This document shows positions 48,444 through 58,252 of a stretch of 64,000 nt of DNA, piece by piece. The stretch is from the NCBI GenBank assembly GCA_964587425.1, contig CAZPLB010000002.1, positions 31,285 to 95,284 of the forward strand. Reading direction: 5' to 3'. Origin of the DNA: an uncultured Gammaproteobacteria bacterium. GTDB lineage: Bacteria > Patescibacteriota > Microgenomatia > UBA8517. Below the pieces are notes generated by a model. The model saw only the letters and a program-made list of their open reading frames with translations, did no database searches and was not told the origin of the DNA. Numbering within the stretch: position 1 is the stretch's first letter; every line of letters begins with the position of its first letter. The translations under genes were made by a program, and so were the position numbers.

Positions 48444-51218
48444 TTACTTTCTAGTTACCTTAAACTCACCAGTCTTAATTGAGGAAACGAGTGCACGTCT
48501 TTTAATCTCACCCTCAAATTCTTTTGGCCAAGCAGGTAAGGTCGCTTCAACCAACTCATCCAGTTTGGTTCCCAAGTTTTTGCGCTCTTCCTGAATTTTC
48601 CTCACAATATCTCGCATTTCCCCTTCTGCTTTAAGTTCTGGAGTAATAGTTGTATCAAGCTCCGCAATTAGATCTCCCAAAGTAACTCTTTTCACATTAA
48701 TCTCATCTTTTAAAACATTTTGGAATTCGACTGGAAAACGATATGTCGTTGCTAGTGAATTTAGTGGTTGTCGTAAAACAATACTACTTTCCTTTCTTAT
48801 TGCATGTGTTTTTTCAGAGACCTCTCTGACATCAATCATATTTTTCAATATATCTTTTTCATCCTTTGTTAACGATTTAGATTTAGGCCAATCTAAAAGA
48901 TGAACAGATTCCTCTTTTGTAAGATTTTTGTAAACATAATCAGCAACAAAAGGTGCAAATGGAGCAATCAGTTTACAAACTGTTGTTAAAACTTCAAAAC
49001 TGGTTTCAAAAAACCCATCATCAGTCCTACCTCTAGACCTTCTTATGTACCACTGTGAAAAATCCTTCGATACAAAGTCTTCAATTAAGTGTGTCGCGTT
49101 ATATAAGTCATAGCTATCCAAACACTCAGTGGCTTTATTCACAACATCTTGTAGATTAGTTAATATCCATCTATCTAAAACATTTTCACTTTTCTTATTT
49201 TTATTTGTTGGTTCCCAACCATTCAAATTTGCGTAAGTTACAAAATAGTTATAGCTATTCCAAAGAATTAAAAGGAATCTTTTTGTTACATCCTTCACTA
49301 GATTAGTTGAGAACTTAAAGCTAGGTCCCGGGGCTATTGTTGAAAACATGTACCATCTTGTTGCATCTGCTCCAACTTCATTTAAATGAATCCATGGATC
49401 AATAACATTACCCTTAGACTTACTCATCTTATTTCCCTTCTCATCAAGCAAGTGCCCCAAGCAAATTACATTTTTGTATGCTGTTCCCTTTTCAAGAAGT
49501 GCAGAAACTCCTTGCAGTGTATAAAACCAGCCGCGGGTTTGATCAATTGCCTCAGCTATGTAATCAGCTGGAAAATTAGCTTTAAATTTATCTTCATTTT
49601 CAAATGGATAATGCCATTGGGCAATCGGCATGGCGCCACTGTCAAACCAGCAATCAAGAACAAAGTTAACTCTCAACATCTCTCCTTCGCACTTTTTACA
49701 TTTAAATTTAACTTCATCAATAAACGGTCTATGTAAATCAAGTTCTTTCAAATCCTTGTTTGCTAAATCCGACAGTTCTTTCACACTTCCTACTAATATT
49801 GTTTCAGAGCATGAATTACATCTCCAAATAGGGAGTGGTGTTCCCCAGTATCTGCTTCTTGATAGTGCCCAATCACGATTATTCTTGAGCCACTCTCCCA
49901 TCCTTCCTTCTTTAATATGTTCAGGTACCCAATTAACAGAATTATTGTTTTCAATTAATTCTTTTTTAACTGCAGTAGTTTTTAGATACCAAGAAATCAT
50001 TGCATAATAAAGAAGTGGGGTTCCACACCTCCAGCAAAATGGGTATGTGTGTTTTATTCTCTCACTTTTAAATAAATTTCCATTTTCTTGGAGTGCCTCA
50101 ATAATTTCTTTATCAACGCTTTTTACAAATTTTCCAGCCCAAGGTTCAACTTCCCCAACAAACTCACCCTTTTCATTAACTACATGCTTCATTGGAAGGT
50201 CATACTTTTTCCCCAATTTGAAATCGTCTTCACCATACATGACTGCAGTGTGCACGATCCCTGTTCCTTCATCCATAGAAACAAAGTCCCCACTCACAAC
50301 AAAATGAGACTTCCTGTCGTAAGATATAAAATTAAAAACAGGATGATACTCCAATCCTTCAAGTTCTTTGCCCTTGTATTTTTTGACAACCTTTCCTTTT
50401 AAATCTAAATCCTTGACTCTTTTTTCAGCCAAGATTAAAAATTCATCGTGAACTTTAACTTTTACATATGATTCCTTTGAGTCAACTGCCAAAGCAACGT
50501 TTCCAGGAAGTGTCCAAGGTGTTGTCGTCCAAACAAGAAAGTAAGTATCATCCTCATTTTTCAACTTGAACTTAACAAAAATAGATGGGTCTTCAACATC
50601 ATCTTTATAGCCGAGTGCTAGTTCATGAGACGAAAGAGATGTTCCACATCTACTGCAATATGGAACAACTTTGTAATCTTCATAGAGCCACCCCTTCTCC
50701 CAAATTTGTTTTAAAATCCACCATTCACTTTCTATGTAATTGTTGTCCATAGTTTCATATGGATTAGTAAGGTCAGACCAATATCCGATACGTTTTGTCA
50801 ATTTTGTCCATTCGTCAACATACTCATAGACGCTCTTGCGGCAAAGAGCATTAAACTCCTCAATTCCATATTCCTCAATTTGTGGTTTACCAGAAATTCC
50901 TAATTGCTTTTCAACTTGAAGCTCGACAGGCAGTCCGTGACAATCCCAACCGGCTTTACGCGGAACATAATATCCTCTCATCGTTTTATATCTCGGAATT
51001 ATATCTTTGAAGGCACGCGCCTCAATGTGGTGAACTCCTGGCTTTCCGTTTGCAGTTGGTGGTCCCTCGTAAAAAACAAAATGTTTGCCGTCTTTGTTTT
51101 TTTCAACTGACTTTTCAAAAACTTTGTTCTTTTCCCATGAAGCCAAGACCTCCTCTTCCAACTTTGGAAAGTTTACTCTTGGGTCAACTGGTTCAAAATA
51201 ATTTTTTGTCTTTGCCAT
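48444..51218 (-). CDS. ileS: Isoleucyl-tRNA synthetase
   Basis: Class I HIGH region (PPTANGKPGVHH), KMSKS loop, DWALSRSRYWGTPLPIW editing/CP1-proximal block typical of IleRS; 924 aa. Confidence 0.8.
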   Translation of the reverse strand: MAKTKNYFEPVDPRVNFPKLEEEVLASWEKNKVFEKSVEKNKDGKHFVFYEGPPTANGKPGVHHIEARAFKDIIPRYKTMRGYYVPRKAGWDCHGLPVELQVEKQLGISGKPQIEEYGIEEFNALCRKSVYEYVDEWTKLTKRIGYWSDLTNPYETMDNNYIESEWWILKQIWEKGWLYEDYKVVPYCSRCGTSLSSHELALGYKDDVEDPSIFVKFKLKNEDDTYFLVWTTTPWTLPGNVALAVDSKESYVKVKVHDEFLILAEKRVKDLDLKGKVVKKYKGKELEGLEYHPVFNFISYDRKSHFVVSGDFVSMDEGTGIVHTAVMYGEDDFKLGKKYDLPMKHVVNEKGEFVGEVEPWAGKFVKSVDKEIIEALQENGNLFKSERIKHTYPFCWRCGTPLLYYAMISWYLKTTAVKKELIENNNSVNWVPEHIKEGRMGEWLKNNRDWALSRSRYWGTPLPIWRCNSCSETILVGSVKELSDLANKDLKELDLHRPFIDEVKFKCKKCEGEMLRVNFVLDCWFDSGAMPIAQWHYPFENEDKFKANFPADYIAEAIDQTRGWFYTLQGVSALLEKGTAYKNVICLGHLLDEKGNKMSKSKGNVIDPWIHLNEVGADATRWYMFSTIAPGPSFKFSTNLVKDVTKRFLLILWNSYNYFVTYANLNGWEPTNKNKKSENVLDRWILTNLQDVVNKATECLDSYDLYNATHLIEDFVSKDFSQWYIRRSRGRTDDGFFETSFEVLTTVCKLIAPFAPFVADYVYKNLTKEESVHLLDWPKSKSLTKDEKDILKNMIDVREVSEKTHAIRKESSIVLRQPLNSLATTYRFPVEFQNVLKDEINVKRVTLGDLIAELDTTITPELKAEGEMRDIVRKIQEERKNLGTKLDELVEATLPAWPKEFEGEIKRRALVSSIKTGEFKVTRK

Positions 51219-51365
51219 TAAAAAATCCGTCCTTAATCATTATACAAGGACGGACAATGCCGTGGTACCACCTTATTTTGTTCTCTTTACTGCTGTTACG
51301 GGCTTACCCGGAAAGTTCTACTTTATTCCTCTTCCAGCTCGGGATTGATAGTCCCTCAAACGCTT
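51219..51365 (-). promoter_or_regulatory. T-box riboswitch leader of ileS (antiterminator/terminator switch)
   Basis: Minus-strand RNA contains AAUAAGGUGGUACCACGG (T-box consensus AAUUAGGGUGGNACCGCGG) arranged as helix-7nt bulge UGGUACC-helix, mutually exclusive with terminator GUCCGUCCUU-loop-AAGGACGGAU plus UUUUUU directly before the AUG; bulge UGGU matches discriminator A of tRNA-Ile. Confidence 0.7.
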
Positions 51366-51371
51366 TGAAAC

Positions 51372-51400
51372 ATTATATCACCCGCAAGCGACATTGACAA
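51372..51400 (-). promoter_or_regulatory. Sigma70-like promoter TTGTCA-N17-TATAAT for the ileS leader
   Basis: Read directly from reverse complement. Confidence 0.5.
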
Positions 51401-51431
51401 AGAATCCTTTAAGAATAAAATAACCACACAC

Positions 51432-51791
51432 ATGCCAGAATTTGATCAGATAGACGAACGTGTATCACCTAGTAAATTTGCAAAACAAGAATGTAGCCTG
51501 AGATTTATATGTAATATATTAGCGAGAGGAACACTAAAAAACATATTAAATTTACCAGATAGAGACATTAAATACCTAGCGACATACACAATTCAAACAT
51601 TAGCACTCGACTATCCAGAAATTGATCTCAAGATAAAAGAACCTGAGCAACTAATAAAAATAACACTTTCCCTGCTTCCGGCTATCAAGGATAGGTTTCA
51701 AAATTGCTTCCTGGATAATAATGTTGTCGGAGAATATCATGAAACACTTCTGGAATTAAGGAAAATACAGAACCGACTTAGTAAAATGTAA
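51432..51791 (+). CDS. Hypothetical protein (119 aa)
   Basis: ORF only. Confidence 0.35.
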   Translation: MPEFDQIDERVSPSKFAKQECSLRFICNILARGTLKNILNLPDRDIKYLATYTIQTLALDYPEIDLKIKEPEQLIKITLSLLPAIKDRFQNCFLDNNVVGEYHETLLELRKIQNRLSKM

Positions 51792-51810
51792 AATAAAAAC
51801 GCCTCCCAAA

Positions 51811-52206
51811 TCACATCACAACTAATTCAGCTAATGCACATAGTACAAGATCAATTTGTGATGATGTCAGTGGTTTAAAACCAAATTGTAATAAAAACAC
51901 TCTAGAAACCTCATGGTAATTAACTTCCGCTGATATCCGTCCATTTTCCTGGCATATTTTAACTAAACTCAAATTTTCAAGTTCTCCACCCTTCTTTTGA
52001 TATCCAATACTTTGCTCCATACCCTTCTCCAAAACTGACATACCTATCCATTTCCTCTCCGAATGAAAATAGGGATCATCACACCAACTACGAAAAGTAC
52101 TCTCATAAGCCTTAAAAGTTTTTTCTTGTGAAGGAAGCAATCCACTTAAAATATTAGCTCTTATATAGTTAGCAAGCTCCTTTGGCGTATTTCCCTCAAT
52201 ACTCAT
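51811..52206 (-). CDS. Hypothetical protein (131 aa)
   Basis: ORF only. Confidence 0.35.
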   Translation of the reverse strand: MSIEGNTPKELANYIRANILSGLLPSQEKTFKAYESTFRSWCDDPYFHSERKWIGMSVLEKGMEQSIGYQKKGGELENLSLVKICQENGRISAEVNYHEVSRVFLLQFGFKPLTSSQIDLVLCALAELVVM

Positions 52207-52256
52207 AACACCGAACTAATAATGCAGTAAAGAAAACATTTTTACAAGATTGAATT

Positions 52257-52838
52257 ATGTATTTGCACAACAAAAATTTGTGTGCTACATTTGGCAGCAT
52301 GGGAATATCAAAAGAAATTGAAAACGAACGTTTACAATTTGGAACAAGACCAAAAACTTTCACACAAGCATTGGTTCGTTTGCCTGACCATGGAGTATTT
52401 GTGAGAGGTGACACGGAACTTGAATCGCTCATGTCTCTCCGGTTTCAATTAACCTACGCTTTAAAAATGGGTTGCTCGGCAGACTCTCTAACCGAAAGAA
52501 TGTACCCACTAGAACCAAAAGAAATGGCTCTTCTCGAAAAGTTTTCTTTCAAAAGAAATGAAGTAATCGCAACTGGTAAATGGATCGCCCTAGGGAGAAA
52601 TAAAGTATGGAATACAATGTTTGGATCCGAAGATGACGATTACAGACACTACAATGTAACATCGATTACTCCAACCCTCGACAGGAAACGACCACAGATG
52701 ATTTGCATACAAGAACACGATGATTATTCCAAAACAAGCTGGGATTGGGAAACAGACGCTATTTCAACATTCTATATTGGGATTATCACAAGCAAAGAGC
52801 TTAGTGAACTTAAGAAAGCACTCCAGGAAGAAATTTAA
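52257..52838 (+). CDS. Hypothetical protein (193 aa)
   Basis: ORF only; 4-nt tail-to-tail overlap with the ftsZ stop region. Confidence 0.35.
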   Translation: MYLHNKNLCATFGSMGISKEIENERLQFGTRPKTFTQALVRLPDHGVFVRGDTELESLMSLRFQLTYALKMGCSADSLTERMYPLEPKEMALLEKFSFKRNEVIATGKWIALGRNKVWNTMFGSEDDDYRHYNVTSITPTLDRKRPQMICIQEHDDYSKTSWDWETDAISTFYIGIITSKELSELKKALQEEI

Positions 52839-55117
52839 TTTATCTTTCGGCGAAGAAATGCTGGAATCTCAAGATCCTCTTCAACCTGAGGCTCATCTTG
52901 TGAATTATTGTTGTCATCCCCATTACTATCATCGTTTGTGTTCTGTTGGTTTTGCTGTGTTTCTCCAATCATCCCCTGTACAGGAGGCGGTTGTGTACGT
53001 GTTGTTACCCCCCTATCAATTTGTGCCATTCTGCTCCTGGTTTCATCAAATCCAGTTGCAATAACTGTAATCCTCACTTGATCTGCATAACTATCCTTTA
53101 TAACGTTTCCGTAAATAATATTTGCATCGGGGTCCGCAGCTGAAGTAATAATACGCGCTGCCTCATCAACTTCAAACATAGTTAGATCCGGTCCTCCAGC
53201 AATATTGAATAAGACTCCTCGAGCTCCTTCAATTGATAGATCTAGAAGAGGGGATGAAACTGCAGATCTTGCTGCCATCTGAGCCCTATTTTCCCCAACT
53301 CCAGTTCCAATTCCCAAAAGTGCTGTTCCAGCGTCACTCATAATGGTCTTTACATCAGCAAAGTCAACGTTAACTAGTCCTGGCACAGTTATAATTTCAG
53401 CTATACCAGCTACAGCCTGCCCTAACACTGAATCTGCTACCTTGAAAGCTTCAAGAAGTGTAACTTTACGGTCAACAACATCCATTATTCGCTGATTTGG
53501 AATAACAATAAGGGTATCAACTTCTTTCTTTAAGTTTTCAATTCCCTCTTCAGCAAGGATTGTTCTCCTAGCCCCCTCAAAACTAAATGGTTTTGTAACT
53601 ACTCCAACAGTCAATGCCCCAGACTCTTTTGCAAGCCGAGCTACAACCGGTGCAGCTCCCGTTCCAGTATTGTGTACCAAAAATCCTTCACTCACGAAAT
53701 TATGGCTTCCCTCTACTGTGATATCATAAACATCCTCTTCACCAAGATTAGTTACAGATTTGACAGCTGAAAAACCAAAGTTCTTGAAAAACTCATCATC
53801 TGTCGCTCCTCTATATCCATAAGTAAAGCCGCTCCAATGTCTTGTTCTCGTTTTTTCTTCCAAGCTTCTGTCCAGTTGATATAGTTTATACACTCTAAGA
53901 CTCCATGAGACCGCCTGAATCGGTTTTGGTGAGTTAGGAGCTTGAATAGTTCTAGTTCTCGTAGAAACATTGCCAGTCCTTAAACCCAAAACATTGCAAA
54001 GAACCTTTAATTGTTTAATGAGGTTCTCACTTGACATCTCAAACCGCAATTCAAGCTTGTCTTTACCACTATGGTTTTTTTGCTTTAGATAACTTCCATC
54101 AGCATCAGCCAATCCCAAAATAAATTGTTTTTTGTGATCATCTGAAAGCTTGAATATCCAGTTTGGAACTTCTTTCTCTTTTGCATGTTTATCTAAACCA
54201 AGTTCATAAAGTATTTCATAAACTTTCTTGGAGTTTCCATAATACCAACTAGTCGTACTTTTCTTCATTTCAATTCCAAATATGTCCTTTATTAACTTTA
54301 GATATTTACTATTTAGATCTTCTTTTACAGATGGAGAGAAATGGATTTTCCAGCTATCTTTACTTCTTGAGATCCATCCATCACCCAATAAAAATCCATA
54401 TAGTCTACAAAATTCGGGTGTAAAAGAAACTTTAGATTTAAGATTAATTTCTTCTGTGATCTCAGGAGTACTTTTTAAAATAACCACCAAATCATCTGGC
54501 TGAAGATTTTGTGCTTCCTCCCATTTAAACTTGAATTCACTAAACCTATTTTTCTTATCTGGATTTACCGGTTCAACCTTCATAAAAGGGTGATCATATG
54601 AAGCAACAAGTGCGTTGTTGTTTGTTTTCACTTCGTAAACCTTTTTTATTCCAGTTCTCATTGAAGCTAAAACTTTTCTTTTAGCTAGCTTTCCTTCATC
54701 AAGAGTGTAAACATGCGAACCTTTCTTTATTGTGTCTATTCTCACCGGTCCTTCGGGGTTTGTGTAAACCAAGGAGCTACCCCTAAGACAGCCTCCACCC
54801 ATGCCTGCAGTCACGAATATCATGTCAGATCCAACTAATAACTCCTTGATTTTTTCAACAGACTCTTCAGCTGCCATTTTACCAACTTCAGGATTTCCAC
54901 CAACTCCAAGACCTTTAGTCAGTTTCTCACCAATTTGAACTTTAGTAGGAATGCTATTTGAAAGAAGAACTTGAGCATCTGTATTAACTGCAATAAATTC
55001 AACCCCGCTAATGAGTCCACCATCAACCATGGATTCAACAGCATTGCCGCCGCCGCCGCCAACACCAATAACTTTAATTTTTGCAATTCTCGCCGAATCA
55101 GGTTTAACTAGCGCCAT
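52835..55117 (-). CDS. ftsZ: Cell division GTPase FtsZ, interrupted by an in-frame intein (760-aa precursor)
   Basis: N-extein KVIGVGGGGGNAVESM..FVTAGMGGG and C-extein TGTGAAPVVARLAKE..GARR.. reconstitute the tubulin signature GGGTGTG; acidic C-terminal tail with conserved ..DLEIPAFLRR.. FtsA-binding peptide. Confidence 0.85.
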   Translation of the reverse strand: MALVKPDSARIAKIKVIGVGGGGGNAVESMVDGGLISGVEFIAVNTDAQVLLSNSIPTKVQIGEKLTKGLGVGGNPEVGKMAAEESVEKIKELLVGSDMIFVTAGMGGGCLRGSSLVYTNPEGPVRIDTIKKGSHVYTLDEGKLAKRKVLASMRTGIKKVYEVKTNNNALVASYDHPFMKVEPVNPDKKNRFSEFKFKWEEAQNLQPDDLVVILKSTPEITEEINLKSKVSFTPEFCRLYGFLLGDGWISRSKDSWKIHFSPSVKEDLNSKYLKLIKDIFGIEMKKSTTSWYYGNSKKVYEILYELGLDKHAKEKEVPNWIFKLSDDHKKQFILGLADADGSYLKQKNHSGKDKLELRFEMSSENLIKQLKVLCNVLGLRTGNVSTRTRTIQAPNSPKPIQAVSWSLRVYKLYQLDRSLEEKTRTRHWSGFTYGYRGATDDEFFKNFGFSAVKSVTNLGEEDVYDITVEGSHNFVSEGFLVHNTGTGAAPVVARLAKESGALTVGVVTKPFSFEGARRTILAEEGIENLKKEVDTLIVIPNQRIMDVVDRKVTLLEAFKVADSVLGQAVAGIAEIITVPGLVNVDFADVKTIMSDAGTALLGIGTGVGENRAQMAARSAVSSPLLDLSIEGARGVLFNIAGGPDLTMFEVDEAARIITSAADPDANIIYGNVIKDSYADQVRITVIATGFDETRSRMAQIDRGVTTRTQPPPVQGMIGETQQNQQNTNDDSNGDDNNNSQDEPQVEEDLEIPAFLRRKIN
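53669..54790 (-). mobile_element. Intein (374 aa) with LAGLIDADG homing-endonuclease domain, inserted in the FtsZ G-box
   Basis: Starts with Cys (CLRGSSLVYT, block A) immediately after GMGGG and ends ..FLVHN before the +1 Thr; two LAGLIDADG-type motifs (YGFLLGDGWI, ILGLADADGSY). Confidence 0.75.
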
Positions 55118-55148
55118 TTATTTTGTTTGTATTTTTGAGGCAGGCTTT

Positions 55149-56408
55149 CTAGGGCAGAAGATCTTTAATACTTTCTATGACTTTACCAAGAATTCCCGAA
55201 TTTGGCAACCGCATCTTCTGACCAATACCACCCTGCGGTTGCACTATACTCTGTCGGCTGCCGTAAAGCAAAAGACCAACACAAACAGAATATGGTGGAT
55301 CCATTATTTCATCTACTAGTCCTCCAACTCCACCTGGCTTTCCAAGTCGAACAGGAAGCTGCATGCTGCGCTTAGCCGAATCAATTACTCCAACAGTCAT
55401 TGCCCCTCCTCCAGTTACAACAGCTCCTGATGGAATTTTATTAATAAGGTTCGCCTTCTCCAAGTCGAGTTTCACCATAGTAAAAATTTCATTCAACCTC
55501 GGTCTTATAATCCCTTCCACCAAAGTTCTTCTTGAAACTTTCTTTACTTCCTTAGTATCAGGATCTGTTATCTCAATACTATCCTTAGATTCCTTTTGTT
55601 TGAAGTCCTCAGAAAGCGACAATTTAATGCGCTCTGCAGCTTCAAGTGAAACCCTGAGTCCAATCGCCAAATCATTTGTAACGTTACGAGCTCCAATCGG
55701 AAGCGAGCCGGAATACGAAAGGCTTCCATCAACATAAGCTGCAATGGTAGTAGTTCCAGCCCCAATATCAATTAGTACACACCCTAATTCTTTTTCAGTC
55801 TCAGACAAAACTGAGTAGGATGCAGCAAGGCCTGAAAACACAATTCCTTCAATCGCAATCCCAACCTCATTTGTAGTTTTTGAAAGGTTTTTCAAAGCTG
55901 GAGATGAAGCCGTAATAAGATGGGTGAGGACTTCAAGCCTGACTCCAGTCATTCCAACTGGATCTTTGACTCCAGCCTCGCCGTCAACTATAAATTCCTG
56001 TGGAATAACATGAATTATCCCCCGAGATGCCGGTTGTGGAAAAGCTCGAGCCGCCTCAATCACACGCTCTATATCATTTTGCGTAACTTCCCCCTGAGGA
56101 TCTGAAACTGCAACAACTCCTGTTGAGTTTTGGGATGAAATATGTCCGCCACCAACAGAAACAAATGCGCTGCTCAGACTATACCCAGCCATCCGCTCTG
56201 CAGCTTCAACTGATGAAATAGTTGCTTCAACCGCCTCTTCAATGTCAACTATCTGTCCCTTCTTCACTCCTCGCGATGGGGTAGTGGCCGCGCCAACTAC
56301 ATTAATGGAAGTTTCAAAAGAAATAGAATCAACAATGACTTGACCAATTATGGTCGTTATTTTTGAAGACCCAATATCTATTCCAGCTATAATTTTGTTT
56401 TTACCCAT
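55149..56408 (-). CDS. ftsA: Cell division protein FtsA (actin-like ATPase)
   Basis: N-terminus IAGIDIGSSKITTIIGQ phosphate-1 motif and overall actin fold signatures (VLIDIGAGTTTIA). Confidence 0.85.
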   Translation of the reverse strand: MGKNKIIAGIDIGSSKITTIIGQVIVDSISFETSINVVGAATTPSRGVKKGQIVDIEEAVEATISSVEAAERMAGYSLSSAFVSVGGGHISSQNSTGVVAVSDPQGEVTQNDIERVIEAARAFPQPASRGIIHVIPQEFIVDGEAGVKDPVGMTGVRLEVLTHLITASSPALKNLSKTTNEVGIAIEGIVFSGLAASYSVLSETEKELGCVLIDIGAGTTTIAAYVDGSLSYSGSLPIGARNVTNDLAIGLRVSLEAAERIKLSLSEDFKQKESKDSIEITDPDTKEVKKVSRRTLVEGIIRPRLNEIFTMVKLDLEKANLINKIPSGAVVTGGGAMTVGVIDSAKRSMQLPVRLGKPGGVGGLVDEIMDPPYSVCVGLLLYGSRQSIVQPQGGIGQKMRLPNSGILGKVIESIKDLLP

Positions 56409-56441
56409 TACATCCTTACTTAAAAAGTGGCAGGCTCTGTT

Positions 56442-57080
56442 TCACCTCAAAACAGGGTTTTTAAACCGTAGATCAATTGTAGAGACTTCCTTCACACTTG
56501 GCAACCGTGAAAGAATGAGGTTTAGTGCCCCAAAAAGATAATCCCTATCCCCCTCCAAGGGAAATATAACAGTCTTTCCTTCTATTCCGCCAACTATCAT
56601 ATGATCGCCTGCAATCTTTACTTGTCTACCTCCGTAGAAAGTATTTATATCAGAAAAGGTAAGAATAACAAAATTCAAATATTTTGAATCAATCTTTCCA
56701 CTCACTCGGGGGAGCTGTGAACTAGTAGCTTCTCCAACTAAAAATCCACTTTTGTCATATAGCTTTAACTTTCCATCTCCCTGATCCCAAGCAATAATTG
56801 CTTTTCTTTCAATTAAATTGACAGAAAGTTCATTAAGAAGCTTAAACCTAATTGAAAATTTAATAATTCGCTGATCACTTTTCAGAACTGCCTCAACACT
56901 TCTGAAACTATCAAGCAATCCTTTCCCTTCAGCCTTTGAAAGTTTGTCCACCAAATAGCTTTGGCAGTTTCCAAATTGACTAACACAAACAACTTTTCGA
57001 ATCTGGAAGAATTTGAGAAAACAAACTATGGCTAAAAAAAGAAAGCCAAGTGCAAAAACCGCGATTAATACCTTTTTCAT
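56442..57080 (-). CDS. ftsQ: FtsQ/DivIB-like protein (TM anchor + POTRA)
   Basis: Single N-terminal TM, ~210 aa, position between murG and ftsA. Confidence 0.5.
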   Translation of the reverse strand: MKKVLIAVFALGFLFLAIVCFLKFFQIRKVVCVSQFGNCQSYLVDKLSKAEGKGLLDSFRSVEAVLKSDQRIIKFSIRFKLLNELSVNLIERKAIIAWDQGDGKLKLYDKSGFLVGEATSSQLPRVSGKIDSKYLNFVILTFSDINTFYGGRQVKIAGDHMIVGGIEGKTVIFPLEGDRDYLFGALNLILSRLPSVKEVSTIDLRFKNPVLR

Positions 57081-58252
57081 GACTCAAGAAGCGAAACCAC
57101 CCCATCAACAAATTTTTGAGCTGCATTTTTATCCAAGGCATAATCTCCCATGTTTACATTAGTAACCATATGGCTCCAATTTTTTCTAACTTTTTCAATA
57201 TCAAGAAGCAGGGACTCAGAGGTCAATTTTTCTTGCTCCAAGATAACAGCAATTCCGGCAACAACTGCCTTCTTTGCATTTTTCATCTGTTCATTTCCAA
57301 TAGCCCATGGAATGGGGATTAATATTGCAGGTCTATGTGCTACCACAATATCAGCTATGGTATTAGCTCCAGCTCTTGAAACAATAATGTCCGCCTTCTC
57401 GAAACACTTGGAAAAATCTTCAGGATTGGTATATCCAAAAACTGTGTAACGGCTTTTTAAGTTAGCTTCTAACTTTTCTTTGCGTTCGATGAAATACTCT
57501 GCATTCTTTTCTCCAGTTTGATGTATTACAAAATAATCTTTGAGAAGTGTTTCCAAAATTGAGTCAACAACGCCGTTAATAATAACTGACCCCGATGATC
57601 CTCCTGTGATAAATAATGTAGAAGGGTTTCCAATTTTATTTTTTGCCTTCACTGAAAAAAAGTCTGATACTTGAGGGTTGCCAATTAATGTTGTTTTTTT
57701 CTTTGGAAAGACTTCCAAACTTTCGCTTCTTGCGATGAAAATTTTATTTGCAAAAGGGGATGAGAGTTTATTTGCAAGTCCGGCTCCTGTAATTTGTTCC
57801 TGAATTACTATTTTCTTTCCCATTAGCCAAGCATTGAATACAACAGGGAGTGCTGCAAAACCACCGAATGAGATAACTATATCGGGATTAAGTTTCCTCA
57901 AGTGAAAATATGCTTGGAAAAAACCTATTGGGATTTTAAAGTAAGCCCGCAGCAAAACAAGTGGGCTGCCTCTTCTCAAAGCTCTGCCTGCTACAATTTT
58001 TTTAATGTTAACGCCGTACTTTGTTAATATTTTTTCAGCAGCAGTTGGAACATTCCCTGCCTCCATTGCAGATACTGGTCCAACCCAGTATAGTTTCCAA
58101 TTAAGTTTTCGCGCTGCAATTTCCTCAACAACCCCAAGAGCTGGTGTTGCAGCGTGTCCTCCAGTTAAAACTATTTTAGTGTCTTCTTCTTTTTGGTTTT
58201 GCATATTGATGACTAACAGCACTATCAGACTCGCCAAGCTTGGCCTGACCAT
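57077..58252 (-). CDS. murG: UDP-GlcNAc:lipid I N-acetylglucosaminyltransferase
   Basis: G-loop LTGGHAATPALGVVEE (cf. GGTGGHVFPALA), GT-B two-domain layout, dcw context. Confidence 0.75.
   Translation of the reverse strand: MVRPSLASLIVLLVINMQNQKEEDTKIVLTGGHAATPALGVVEEIAARKLNWKLYWVGPVSAMEAGNVPTAAEKILTKYGVNIKKIVAGRALRRGSPLVLLRAYFKIPIGFFQAYFHLRKLNPDIVISFGGFAALPVVFNAWLMGKKIVIQEQITGAGLANKLSSPFANKIFIARSESLEVFPKKKTTLIGNPQVSDFFSVKAKNKIGNPSTLFITGGSSGSVIINGVVDSILETLLKDYFVIHQTGEKNAEYFIERKEKLEANLKSRYTVFGYTNPEDFSKCFEKADIIVSRAGANTIADIVVAHRPAILIPIPWAIGNEQMKNAKKAVVAGIAVILEQEKLTSESLLLDIEKVRKNWSHMVTNVNMGDYALDKNAAQKFVDGVVSLLES

Noticed and set aside
12331-51791. Three unrelated small proteins that all begin Met-Pro-Glu-Phe (starts at 12331 on the minus strand, 45026 and 51432; two share ATGCCAGAATTT)
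   Set aside because: Statistically this is odd. However, there is no further sequence similarity, no shared upstream motif and no common context. I treat it as coincidence unless a genome-wide count shows enrichment.
53752-53970. 72-aa ORF inside the ftsZ intein in another frame
   Set aside because: It is embedded in the intein coding sequence and explained by it. No independent signal.
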